Shown here in pieces: positions 8,181 through 16,506 of a stretch of DNA of 58,231 nt (positions are counted from its first letter, which is position 1; each line of letters opens with the position of its first letter). The notes under the pieces were generated by a model that saw only the letters and a program-made list of their open reading frames with translations, was not told the origin of the DNA and made no database searches. A program made the position numbers and the translations under genes. The DNA lies in IMG/VR virus record IMGVR_UViG_3300033076_000421, positions 1-58,231 of that record; one strand, 5' to 3'. The stretch comes from a virus (lineage: Duplodnaviria; Caudoviricetes).

Positions 8181-8468
8181 ATGATCTGGCCCGCAGTCGT
8201 CGAGAAGCCCCCTGCCCAATACACCCCTGCCCCATCCGAGATGGACCGCAGGGTAGAGCAGTGGGTTAGTCCCTCAGAGGTCAGCCGCATCTGCACGCTA
8301 TGGATCGGACCACCTGCAAGGGGTCAGATGTATAGCGGCTGTTACGTCCCAGGTATGGACGTCATTTACATGCGTAACGACTGGCCTCCCAATGCCACAG
8401 AGGCTCTCAGGATACACGAACATGCCCACAGGGCGAGAGGATGGAGACATAACTATGAAAGATGGTGA
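8181..8468 (+). CDS. Small HExxH-motif protein
   Basis: AGGAG RBS; LRIHEHAH. Confidence 0.6.
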   Translation: MIWPAVVEKPPAQYTPAPSEMDRRVEQWVSPSEVSRICTLWIGPPARGQMYSGCYVPGMDVIYMRNDWPPNATEALRIHEHAHRARGWRHNYERW

Positions 8469-8787
8469 GAAAGTGGACATCAGCAAAATCCGCCCCGGCG
8501 ACCGCGTGACGCTGGAGGTATGGTCAACCGACGACCGTGCCGGGCTCATTTTCGTCAGCGATAATGACGGAAGCGCCTGTTTCCGCATCACCGACATCGC
8601 CACCCACCACCCCGCTCCCCGCGAGTTTCAGGTGGGGGATAGGGTGCGTCATGCGGTTGAGGAGACTGCGCTTCTGGGCACTGTTCGGGGCGTGGACGGG
8701 GCGAGGCTTTGGGTCCGATGGGACAACAGTCCCATTAACTGGAACGCTGACGCAGACGACCTCACCCTCGTGGAGGGCGGGGAATGA
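8455..8787 (+). CDS. Hypothetical protein with two SH3/KOW-like repeats
   Basis: IRPGDRV and FQVGDRV; start ATG 8455 after GGAG. Confidence 0.6.
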   Translation: MKDGEKVDISKIRPGDRVTLEVWSTDDRAGLIFVSDNDGSACFRITDIATHHPAPREFQVGDRVRHAVEETALLGTVRGVDGARLWVRWDNSPINWNADADDLTLVEGGE

Positions 8788-9248
8788 GCGGGGCTGTGGA
8801 ACCCAAAGGCACCATCGAACTCGTGGTGGTTAAGCACGGTAAAAACCCGGCGCACTGTGTCTATCTGAACAGTTACCGCATCGCCGGTCAGAAACCGTGG
8901 GGAGGTGGCGATACCACGGCATCGTGGGATGTCAGTTTGGACACGTTGAGAGTCGCTATTCCCGAACTCCGCACCACCCGCGCCCCTGACCCAGCAGTCG
9001 CCGTGCTGGAAGCCGAGGTGATGAGGTTGCGGGCTCAATATGAAGACGAACATCAGGCGCGACTGTCTCTGCAAAACTTTGCCGCTGACGAACGCGATGT
9101 CTCAATTGCCCTGCTGATGCTGCTCTCTGAGGTCCGCATTTACGTCACCGACGCCTTGGAAGCCTATGAGCACACTGACGGCCGCGATCTGCTCAACAGG
9201 ATCAACATCGCCCTGAACCCAGCCCCCAGCGAGAAGGAGGCGGGGTGA
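8784..9248 (+). CDS. Hypothetical protein
   Basis: ATGA overlap, 154 aa. Confidence 0.6.
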   Translation: MSGAVEPKGTIELVVVKHGKNPAHCVYLNSYRIAGQKPWGGGDTTASWDVSLDTLRVAIPELRTTRAPDPAVAVLEAEVMRLRAQYEDEHQARLSLQNFAADERDVSIALLMLLSEVRIYVTDALEAYEHTDGRDLLNRINIALNPAPSEKEAG

Positions 9249-9454
9249 TGGGCAATACGCGCCGAACCTACTCAGCGAAGACGCCCCTGCCGCTAGGATA
9301 CGCCGTCGAATGGTGGGAAAGTGACGAGAATTATCATTGGGTCAGGGTATCTGATCCCGAAGACACCTACAGCGACGGCCATGTTAACCACTGGGCTTGT
9401 TGGCGCGGAGCGTGGGCGCACTTCAACACATACAAGGCCCCCACCCATGACTGA
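9245..9454 (+). CDS. Trp-rich hypothetical protein
   Basis: GGAGG RBS, overlapping start. Confidence 0.55.
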   Translation: MMGNTRRTYSAKTPLPLGYAVEWWESDENYHWVRVSDPEDTYSDGHVNHWACWRGAWAHFNTYKAPTHD

Positions 9455-9791
9455 CCTCAAGCCCGGCTCCCGGTGGCTGCTGCCGGTGACATTCGATTGC
9501 GATGGCGAGTATTTGGGCCCTTTGTTCAAAACTGGCCTCTACTGCATCGATGTAACGAACGCAGAACTGTCGTCCCTCATCCCCGCCGACCGGATCACGG
9601 AACTGGAGGCCGAGGTGAAAGAACAACGTGAATCCGTGGCCAGATGGATGTTTTTCAACAGCTACGCCACAGGTCATGGGGACACCATTGACGATCTGCT
9701 GATGGAATTAGAGGATCAGCATTTTGATCGGCTCACGAAATTGAATGACGAAAACGAACGTCTAAAGAGCGAATTGGAGAAACTGAAATGA
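9447..9791 (+). CDS. Hypothetical coiled-coil protein
   Basis: Probable start ATG 9447 (MTDLKPG). Confidence 0.55.
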   Translation: MTDLKPGSRWLLPVTFDCDGEYLGPLFKTGLYCIDVTNAELSSLIPADRITELEAEVKEQRESVARWMFFNSYATGHGDTIDDLLMELEDQHFDRLTKLNDENERLKSELEKLK

Positions 9792-9955
9792 GCGACTACC
9801 TACCCGGCCTGTTTGGCCTCACCCTCATCGCATCCTGGCTCACCGGCGTCATCCATAGCGCCGTCACGTCCAACGTCGTGATGCTTATTCTCGATCTCGT
9901 CATTCCACCTGTCGCCGTGATCCACGGTGTGGGCGTCTGGTTCGGAGTTTGGTGA
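9788..9955 (+). CDS. Small membrane protein (55 aa, not in ORF track)
   Basis: ATGA overlap, GGAG RBS; MSDYLPGLFGLTLIASWLTG...GVGVWFGVW. Confidence 0.6.
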   Translation: MSDYLPGLFGLTLIASWLTGVIHSAVTSNVVMLILDLVIPPVAVIHGVGVWFGVW

Positions 9956-10191
9956 TGGAAGCCCCTAAATGGAAGCATATCGACACCGCGCCCAAGGACG
10001 GGAATTTAATACTGGCTGCTAATTTGACTCAAGTTCGCGTCGTCAGGTTCAACCGAGATCGGCCAACTGCGCCGTGGGATGAAAACGGACATCAAGGTCC
10101 ACCCTTCGATCCGAAATACTGGATGGAGATACCGCACCTGAGCAATTCCGATTGGAATAGATACAATGTGCATGCTTGGCCCAAGCCATGA
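9955..10191 (+). CDS. DUF551-like phage protein
   Basis: WKHIDTAPKDG...PKYWMEIP pattern. Confidence 0.6.
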   Translation: MEAPKWKHIDTAPKDGNLILAANLTQVRVVRFNRDRPTAPWDENGHQGPPFDPKYWMEIPHLSNSDWNRYNVHAWPKP

Positions 10192-10367
10192 ACCAACGCC
10201 GCATTGAACTTCTCCAAGAGGCCGTAGCCATGATCCTCGCCAGCGACGACCTTGGCGCGGCAGCGGACATAGCGGCTAAGGCGAATGCCGAACTGCGGTC
10301 GATCACTGATCCGATTGACCAGGATGACACAGGTGCAGTAGGGTCAGGCGTAACGGAGTCAGCTTAA
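10188..10367 (+). CDS. Hypothetical protein
   Basis: ATGA overlap at 10188. Confidence 0.45.
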   Translation: MNQRRIELLQEAVAMILASDDLGAAADIAAKANAELRSITDPIDQDDTGAVGSGVTESA

Positions 10368-10589
10368 ATGACAGCAATCGAAACAGTCGTGGCGCAAGCC
10401 GGGTCGATCTCAGCCCTTGCTCGCAAGCTTGGCGTCGCTCATCAGGTTGCCAACCGATGGGTCAAGCGCGGCTATGTGCCAGCCCGCAGAGCCCTTGAGC
10501 TTGAAGTGATCTACGGCGTTCCGGCATCGGCGCTTGCCAAGCCGTCGCTCATGCTCATTGCTGGCCTCCTGACTGGCGATGCGACGTGA
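10368..10589 (+). CDS. Cro/YdaS-like HTH regulator
   Basis: AGSISALARKLGVAHQVANRWVKRGYVPARRA; directly upstream of primase. Confidence 0.85.
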   Translation: MTAIETVVAQAGSISALARKLGVAHQVANRWVKRGYVPARRALELEVIYGVPASALAKPSLMLIAGLLTGDAT

Positions 10590-12607
10590 GCCAAGTGCAG
10601 CCCATCAACCCCTCAGTCCGAACCCTTGAAGCCCCTACCGAGTTACGGGCGCTTCAAGGGTGGATCATCTGGCGCTATGAGTCAGAGCCTGGCACCGGCA
10701 AACAGCTAAAGACACCCTACTACTCGAACCACGGTAAGCGTTACGGTAAGCAGGGATCAGCCGAGGACCGAGCCAAGCTCGTAACCTTCGCCGCTGCTCG
10801 CGATGCTGCTGCCCGCCGTGGCTTCGACGGCGTTGGCCTTGCCCTACTTCCTGAGTGGGGCATCACGGCGCTCGACTTCGACCACTGTGTCGATGCCAAT
10901 GGCCAACTGCCCAAAGAGGTCGAGGAGATTGTAAGTCGGACCTATGCCGAATACTCGCCATCAGGCAAAGGGGTCAGAGCATTCGTCAAGGGCAATCTAG
11001 GTAATCAGAAGTCGTTCAAGGATCATAACAATGACTACGGGTTCGAGGTATTCTCTACAAACGGTTTCGTTACTTTCACTGGCGCTCCGTTACCCTTCAC
11101 GGAACTACTTGACCTCGACGACTACATTGCCCCTGCCGACGACCGTGTCAGGCAACTCTGCGACAAGCGGTTCGCCTCAAAGTCTCCAAATCATACCTAC
11201 GACCCCGACGACTTCATGGTCGGGAACGAGCCGACCCTTGGCCTGACCTCTGACGAGATCGTCGATCTGCTCAAGGCTCTCGACCCGTCCATGGGCCGTG
11301 AGGGCTGGATTCAGGTGGGCATGGCTCTGCACCATGAGACCGGAGGTGACGGCTTCGACCTCTGGGACCAATGGTCATCGGCAGGCAAGCAATACCCAGG
11401 CGCCGAGGCGCTCAAGAGTCAATGGGCGTCGTTCGACCGTCGTCAGGGACAGACCCGTCAGATCACAATGGCGACGGTCAAGCGCATGGCTATGCAGTCA
11501 GCGTCATTGTCCGACAAGGTTGAAGCCGCCAAGCAGGCTCCTGTCAATCCGGACGCAGGCGAGCAGGTCTATACCGACACCGGCTATGACGGTCGGTTCG
11601 TTATCTATTCAGACATCTCCTTCTCTGGCCGACAGCCGCCAGAGTGGATCATCAAGGGTGTCCTTCCGCACGCCGACCTTGGTGTCCTCTATGGCGCATC
11701 GGGTAGCGGCAAGTCCTTTGTGGCTCTGGACATGGCCTATGCGGTGGCTCGCGGCGAGTCGTGGCGTGAGCGCCGTGTCCGACAGGGGCGAGTGCTCTAC
11801 ATCGCCGCTGAGGGCGGTGGCGGTGTGGCGACACGACTCAAGGCCTATCGCCAGCACAATTCATTCTACGACCAATGCCCGCTCGGTGTCATGCACGCCG
11901 CCCCCAACTTCATGTCTCAGGACGACATCAGTGATGTGGTCAAAGCGATCACCAATGCCGGTGGCGTTCATCTCATCATCGTTGACACCTTCGCTCAGGT
12001 GACACCGGGGGCGAACGAGAATGCCGGTGAGGACATGGGTATGGCCCTGAAGCACGCCCGCACGATCCGTGAAGCCACTGGAGCTATGGTCCTGCTCGTC
12101 CACCACAGCGGTAAGGACGCAAGTCGCGGCGCTCGGGGCTGGTCAGGGATCAGGGCCGCTGCCGATGTCGAGATGGAAGTTGCTCGGATCGAGGACTCAA
12201 CGGTGCGCGTGCTGAGGGTAAGCAAGCAGAAGGACGGCGACGACACTTTCGAGTGGGGGTTCAACCTGGACTCAGTGCTGCTGGGTGAGGACTCAGACGG
12301 CGACCCAATCACGAGCCTCGTGGTTGTCCCCACCGAGGTGCCAACCGTGGTGCCAGAGGACAAGGGTAAGAGTCGCTACGGGAAGTGGGAGAACGCTGTG
12401 ATGGATGCGGTGAGCGTCTGGACCGGTGGGCTTGAGAACGTCAATTTCAACGAGTTTACCAAGTTCGCTGTCGAGCTTATGCCGGTGTCGTCCGATGGCC
12501 GTGACGTGCGGCGGCAGTCCATTGAGCGTGCGATCAAGACGCTTGCAAAGAAAATGCCCGATCCGCCGCTCGCCTATGAGCACGGAATGCTGACTTTCTT
12601 CATTTAA
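10586..12607 (+). CDS. Primase-helicase (Prim-Pol + PriCT-2 + AAA_25/RepA helicase)
   Basis: ALDFDH, EYSPSGKG, WIQVGMALH..WDQWS, Walker A GASGSGKS, IIVDT, VHHSGKD..RGARGWS. Confidence 0.93.
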   Translation: MSQVQPINPSVRTLEAPTELRALQGWIIWRYESEPGTGKQLKTPYYSNHGKRYGKQGSAEDRAKLVTFAAARDAAARRGFDGVGLALLPEWGITALDFDHCVDANGQLPKEVEEIVSRTYAEYSPSGKGVRAFVKGNLGNQKSFKDHNNDYGFEVFSTNGFVTFTGAPLPFTELLDLDDYIAPADDRVRQLCDKRFASKSPNHTYDPDDFMVGNEPTLGLTSDEIVDLLKALDPSMGREGWIQVGMALHHETGGDGFDLWDQWSSAGKQYPGAEALKSQWASFDRRQGQTRQITMATVKRMAMQSASLSDKVEAAKQAPVNPDAGEQVYTDTGYDGRFVIYSDISFSGRQPPEWIIKGVLPHADLGVLYGASGSGKSFVALDMAYAVARGESWRERRVRQGRVLYIAAEGGGGVATRLKAYRQHNSFYDQCPLGVMHAAPNFMSQDDISDVVKAITNAGGVHLIIVDTFAQVTPGANENAGEDMGMALKHARTIREATGAMVLLVHHSGKDASRGARGWSGIRAAADVEMEVARIEDSTVRVLRVSKQKDGDDTFEWGFNLDSVLLGEDSDGDPITSLVVVPTEVPTVVPEDKGKSRYGKWENAVMDAVSVWTGGLENVNFNEFTKFAVELMPVSSDGRDVRRQSIERAIKTLAKKMPDPPLAYEHGMLTFFI

Positions 12608-12611
12608 TGGG

Positions 12612-12640
12612 TTGCACCCAGTTGGGTGCAGTGCTAATAG
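12612..12640 (+). promoter_or_regulatory. Promoter with palindromic operator
   Basis: TTGCAC-N17-TAATAG overlapping TGCACCCA-gt-TGGGTGCA (12613-12630). Confidence 0.6.
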
Positions 12641-12679
12641 TTTGGTCAAGGGCGATTCAGCCCGTTCGGAGAACACCAA

Positions 12680-12934
12680 ATGCCTAAAATCTATCTGGAA
12701 ATTGAGATCGAAGTGTCTGGCAATGTGATCAGCGGCATGGCTGCTACCCGCAATGATCCAGGTCACGACGACTATATCGAGGACATCGACGTTGAGGCTG
12801 TGACCTTCGAGGTCGGTGGTAACACCTACGACCTCCTCGAAGGTCTAAACAAGGAGGCTAGGGATCATGTCTATCTGAACCTGACCGACACGCTCATGAA
12901 CCAAATGGTCGAAGCTATTTTCGAGGATGCGTGA
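12680..12934 (+). CDS. Acidic hypothetical protein
   Basis: GGAG RBS; D/E-rich 84 aa. Confidence 0.7.
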   Translation: MPKIYLEIEIEVSGNVISGMAATRNDPGHDDYIEDIDVEAVTFEVGGNTYDLLEGLNKEARDHVYLNLTDTLMNQMVEAIFEDA

Positions 12935-13218
12935 TGAGCCACAGCCTCAAATACACAGGCATTGGCGTTGAGGCTCTCCTTGACGCTGCCAAGTATGATC
13001 CTCCCACCGCCGACCTTGTGAAGGCGCTGGCTGATGCGCTCAGTGAGTCACTTGTCGAGTGGCAGGAGGAGATTTCGGCCATGCAGGTAGAAGTCGATAA
13101 CGCTTTGGACGAAAGGGACGCCCTACAGTCTGAAGTCTACAAACTCGAAGAACTTAACAACCAACTCGAAGACCAGATTGACGAGTTGGAAGAAACCAAA
13201 ACCGGAGATACCGAATGA
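12931..13218 (+). CDS. Acidic coiled-coil protein
   Basis: Heptad-like E/D-rich C-terminus. Confidence 0.7.
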   Translation: MMSHSLKYTGIGVEALLDAAKYDPPTADLVKALADALSESLVEWQEEISAMQVEVDNALDERDALQSEVYKLEELNNQLEDQIDELEETKTGDTE

Positions 13219-13679
13219 TTACCGTCACCTTTAACGCCAACAACCTGTTCGCCCTGCGCGACGACATCGTCAAGTTCCTCGAAGACGCGGGGTTTGATAC
13301 TCAGAAGCAGCCAGTTCCGCTCGGAAACGTGCATGTGAAGCCAACCCTCATCAAGTCTGAGGATGATGCTTACACGACTACCGCCGCAGTGACCGAGGTC
13401 GCAGAGCCCGCCCCTTTGGCTCCTGCCCTCATTGTCGAGGAGCAGGCCCCTATCCCCGAAGAAACTCAGACGGAACAACCGACCGCTTCTGTTTCCAGTG
13501 CCTCCCCTCCCTTGACCTTCGAGGAGGTGCGCCTCGCCACCCTGCAACTGGCGTCAAAGCGCGGGCGTGAAGCTGTCATGGAGGTGCTTGCGCCTTACAA
13601 CGTCAAGCGTTCGAGCGAGGTGTCTGAGGACCTGTGGCCCGAACTGATCGCCAAGCTGGAAGCGGCTCAGAATGTCTGA
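13215..13679 (+). CDS. Conserved phage replication-module protein
   Basis: LTFEEVR...[18 protein letters not shown]-terminus, typical of the gene upstream of DUF2800. Confidence 0.7.
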   Translation: MITVTFNANNLFALRDDIVKFLEDAGFDTQKQPVPLGNVHVKPTLIKSEDDAYTTTAAVTEVAEPAPLAPALIVEEQAPIPEETQTEQPTASVSSASPPLTFEEVRLATLQLASKRGREAVMEVLAPYNVKRSSEVSEDLWPELIAKLEAAQNV

Positions 13680-14865
13680 GCACGCCAGGTTCAGTCCATC
13701 TGGCGCTCACCGCTGGATGCGATGCACTGGGTCGCTGGCCCTTGAGTCGGTGATACAGGATCGGTCATCCTCATTCGCAGATGAGGGCACCGCCGCTCAT
13801 GAGGTGGCAAACTGGCTGCTGAAGGACAATGTGGACGACGCTGACGCCTTCAAGGTGGTTGGCGAGATGGGTGTTCAGGTCGGAGATAACCTCTGGCCGG
13901 TTGACGAGGCGATGATCGAACATGGCTTGGACTTTGCACGACTGGTTCGATCTTATGCTCATGGTTCTCTTCACCCTATTATTGAGACCGAAAAGCGATA
14001 CGACTTCAGCCACGTCATTGACGTCCCCAACTCGTTCGGCACCTCTGATGCCACTGTCCTCGACGGGGACACGCTCATCGTCGTCGATTACAAATACGGA
14101 ATGGGCGTCAAGGTCGATGCGGAGCACAACGAGCAACTTCAACTCTACGCTCTGGGCGCTCTGCACCAGTTCGAGCTTGTCGCTGATATCCGGCACGTCA
14201 TGATGGTCATCCACCAACCGCGCCTCGGCCACGTCTCCGAGTGGGTCGTGAGCGTCGAGGACCTCAAGCGGTTCGGTGAGGAGGCCAAAGCCAAGGCTCA
14301 GGCCATCCGCTCAGGGGACGTGACCTACGAGCCTGGAGAGAAGCAGTGCCGGTTCTGTCGGGCCAAGGCGACCTGTCCTGCGCTCCGTGAGGAGGTGCTA
14401 ACGACTGTCGCGGCAGACGCGTCAGACTTTGAGGACCTAACTGCCGATAACACGGTTGTGGCTGGGGACGAGTATTCCCTTGCCGCGATGATGGACAAGG
14501 TCGGTCTCATTGAGGACTGGTGTAAAGCAGTCAGGGCTGAGGTCGAGCGCAAGCTGTTCGACGGTCAGGGTGTCCCCGGCTACAAGCTTGTGGAGGGCCG
14601 TAAAGGCGCTCGCAAGTGGGTGGACGAGGCGAGTGTCCTGAAGGCTATGAAGTCCTTCCGTTTGAAGAAGGAAGACATCTACGATTTCTCCTTGATCTCA
14701 CCTACGAAGGCTGAGAAGGTGTTCAAGGACAACCCGACGCGGTGGGGCAAACTAGAGAAACTGACAACCCGCTCCGACGGTAAACCATCCGTGGCACCCG
14801 CCACTGATAGACGGCCAGCACTGGCTGTTTCGGCAATTGCCGATGACTTCGCTGATATTAGTTAA
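13672..14865 (+). CDS. DUF2800 Cas4-like PD-(D/E)XK exonuclease
   Basis: [49 protein letters not shown]. Confidence 0.9.
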   Translation: MSEHARFSPSGAHRWMRCTGSLALESVIQDRSSSFADEGTAAHEVANWLLKDNVDDADAFKVVGEMGVQVGDNLWPVDEAMIEHGLDFARLVRSYAHGSLHPIIETEKRYDFSHVIDVPNSFGTSDATVLDGDTLIVVDYKYGMGVKVDAEHNEQLQLYALGALHQFELVADIRHVMMVIHQPRLGHVSEWVVSVEDLKRFGEEAKAKAQAIRSGDVTYEPGEKQCRFCRAKATCPALREEVLTTVAADASDFEDLTADNTVVAGDEYSLAAMMDKVGLIEDWCKAVRAEVERKLFDGQGVPGYKLVEGRKGARKWVDEASVLKAMKSFRLKKEDIYDFSLISPTKAEKVFKDNPTRWGKLEKLTTRSDGKPSVAPATDRRPALAVSAIADDFADIS

Positions 14866-14880
14866 TTGGAGAATACGAGA

Positions 14881-15453
14881 ATGAAAGTCCTGATCAAGAA
14901 CGTGCGTATCCGCTTTGCCAGCATCTTCGAGCCGACGCTCCAGCCTGGAGCCAAGGAGCCGAAGTTCGGTATCAAGGCAATTATTGAGCCCGGCAGTGAG
15001 AATGCTAAAATCCTTGAAGCTGCCATGGCGACGGTTGCCAAGGAAAAGTGGAAGGACAAGGCTCCGAATATCGAGGCGTCCTTCGTCCGCACAGGTAAGA
15101 AGCCTGATGTCTGCTTCGTAAAGGAACCCTACAAGAACAAGGACGGCGAGGCTTATGGCGGCTTTGAGGATATGTTCTACCTCACTGCCAGTGCCAAGCA
15201 GCACGAACGCCCGAAGGTCGTCGATCTCAATCCGAAGATCGAACTGACCAAGTCAGACGGTAAGCCTTACGACGGCTGCTATACGAACCTTTCCGTTGAA
15301 ATCTGGCCCCAAGACAACGACTTTGGTCGGGCAATCCGCGCCCAACTCAAGGGCGTCCAGTTCGTCAAGCACGGTGACGCATTCGGAGGTAGCCCTCCGT
15401 CTGACGGAAGCGAGTTTGAGGTTCTTGAATCCGTTGACGAGGACTTCGTCTGA
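14881..15453 (+). CDS. DUF2815 single-stranded DNA-binding protein
   Basis: Start ATG 14881 after GGAG; NVRIRFASIFEP...YDGCY...LKGVQFVKHGDAFGG; acidic tail. Confidence 0.88.
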   Translation: MKVLIKNVRIRFASIFEPTLQPGAKEPKFGIKAIIEPGSENAKILEAAMATVAKEKWKDKAPNIEASFVRTGKKPDVCFVKEPYKNKDGEAYGGFEDMFYLTASAKQHERPKVVDLNPKIELTKSDGKPYDGCYTNLSVEIWPQDNDFGRAIRAQLKGVQFVKHGDAFGGSPPSDGSEFEVLESVDEDFV

Positions 15454-15713
15454 TGTCGGAGATGGGACACAACTCCGTCGCTGATGATCAGATCAAGTCC
15501 ATTGTCGCTCGGGTCCAGCACCTCGAAGACGAGGCGGCTGCTGTCAAGGAGGACCTCAAGCAGGTCTACTCCGAGGCCAAGGGTAATGGCTTTGATGTGA
15601 AGATCATCAAGAAGCTGGTCCGACTGCTCAAGCAGGACCGGGCCAAGCTGCAAGAGGAAAAGGCTATCCTTGAACTCTATGCCGCTGCTATGGGCTATCT
15701 GGACCTCGTCTAG
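15453..15713 (+). CDS. gapR: GapR (DUF2312) nucleoid-associated protein
   Basis: QIKSIVARVQHLEDE...VYSEAKGNGFDVKIIKKLVRLLKQDRAKLQEEKAILELY closely matches alphaproteobacterial GapR. Confidence 0.93.
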   Translation: MSEMGHNSVADDQIKSIVARVQHLEDEAAAVKEDLKQVYSEAKGNGFDVKIIKKLVRLLKQDRAKLQEEKAILELYAAAMGYLDLV

Positions 15714-15725
15714 GTAGTCATTACT

Positions 15726-15781
15726 GAACACTGGATGCAGGATAACGGGCGTTGTGTCTGCATCCAGTGTTCTTTTACTTT
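15726..15781 (+). terminator. Strong hairpin with T-tract
   Basis: GAACACTGGATGCAG...CTGCATCCAGTGTTC (15 bp perfect) followed by TTTTACTTT. Confidence 0.7.
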
Positions 15782-15795
15782 GATCGGGGAAACCG

Positions 15796-16506
15796 ATGTC
15801 AGTTGAAATTGGAAATGGGGTTCTGTCTCTCGCAGACGGAATTGAAATGATGAGGTCTATGGCTGACTCATCAGTTGATATGGTCTTTACTGATCCCCCT
15901 TACCGAACGATTTCTGGAGGAAAGAAGCCTGTAGAAGGGTTTGGCTGGCACGTCTCTGTTGTGCGAGAGAACGACGGTAAAATCTTCAAGCATAACGACG
16001 TCAAATGCCAGGACTATCTTGGCGAAATGTTTCGGGTCCTGAAGCCGGGTTCCCATGCCTATATCATGACAAACAATCTCAATCTGAAAGAGATGTTGAT
16101 TGAGTCTGAGGTCGCAGGGTTTGGTTTCCACAATCTTCTAGTTTGGAGAAAGAACACCTGCACAGCTAACCGTTGGTATATGAAGGAGATGGAACTCGTT
16201 CTTTTTCTGTATAAGCGCCCGGCGAGAAAGATTAACAATCCGGGGTCCAAGCAGATTTTCGAGTCCGACAACCCGAGAGACAAGATTCATCCAACTCAGA
16301 AGCCCGTCGATCTGATCTCGCACTATATCGAAAATAGTTCCAATATCGGTGATTTGGTCCTCGATCCTTTCGCGGGTAGTGGGTCAACATGCGTAGCTGC
16401 TGAATTGTCTGGCCGTAAATGGATAGCCTCAGAAATCGACCCTGAGTATTTTGCTGTAGCCTCAGAGAACTTGAAGTCTTGCGTTCCGGGGTGGGACCTT
16501 GTCTAA
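15796..16506 (+). CDS. DNA N6-adenine/N4-cytosine methyltransferase, beta class
   Basis: VDMVFTDPPY before HPTQKP and VLDPFAGSGST. Confidence 0.93.
   Translation: MSVEIGNGVLSLADGIEMMRSMADSSVDMVFTDPPYRTISGGKKPVEGFGWHVSVVRENDGKIFKHNDVKCQDYLGEMFRVLKPGSHAYIMTNNLNLKEMLIESEVAGFGFHNLLVWRKNTCTANRWYMKEMELVLFLYKRPARKINNPGSKQIFESDNPRDKIHPTQKPVDLISHYIENSSNIGDLVLDPFAGSGSTCVAAELSGRKWIASEIDPEYFAVASENLKSCVPGWDLV

Noticed and set aside
13672-14865. Cas4-like nuclease as evidence of a CRISPR system
   Set aside because: DUF2800 is a normal stand-alone replication/recombination nuclease in this module type; no array is present.
15796-16506. Naming the MTase ccrM
   Set aside because: Same beta class, but it lacks the CcrM C-terminal domain and its specificity cannot be read from sequence.
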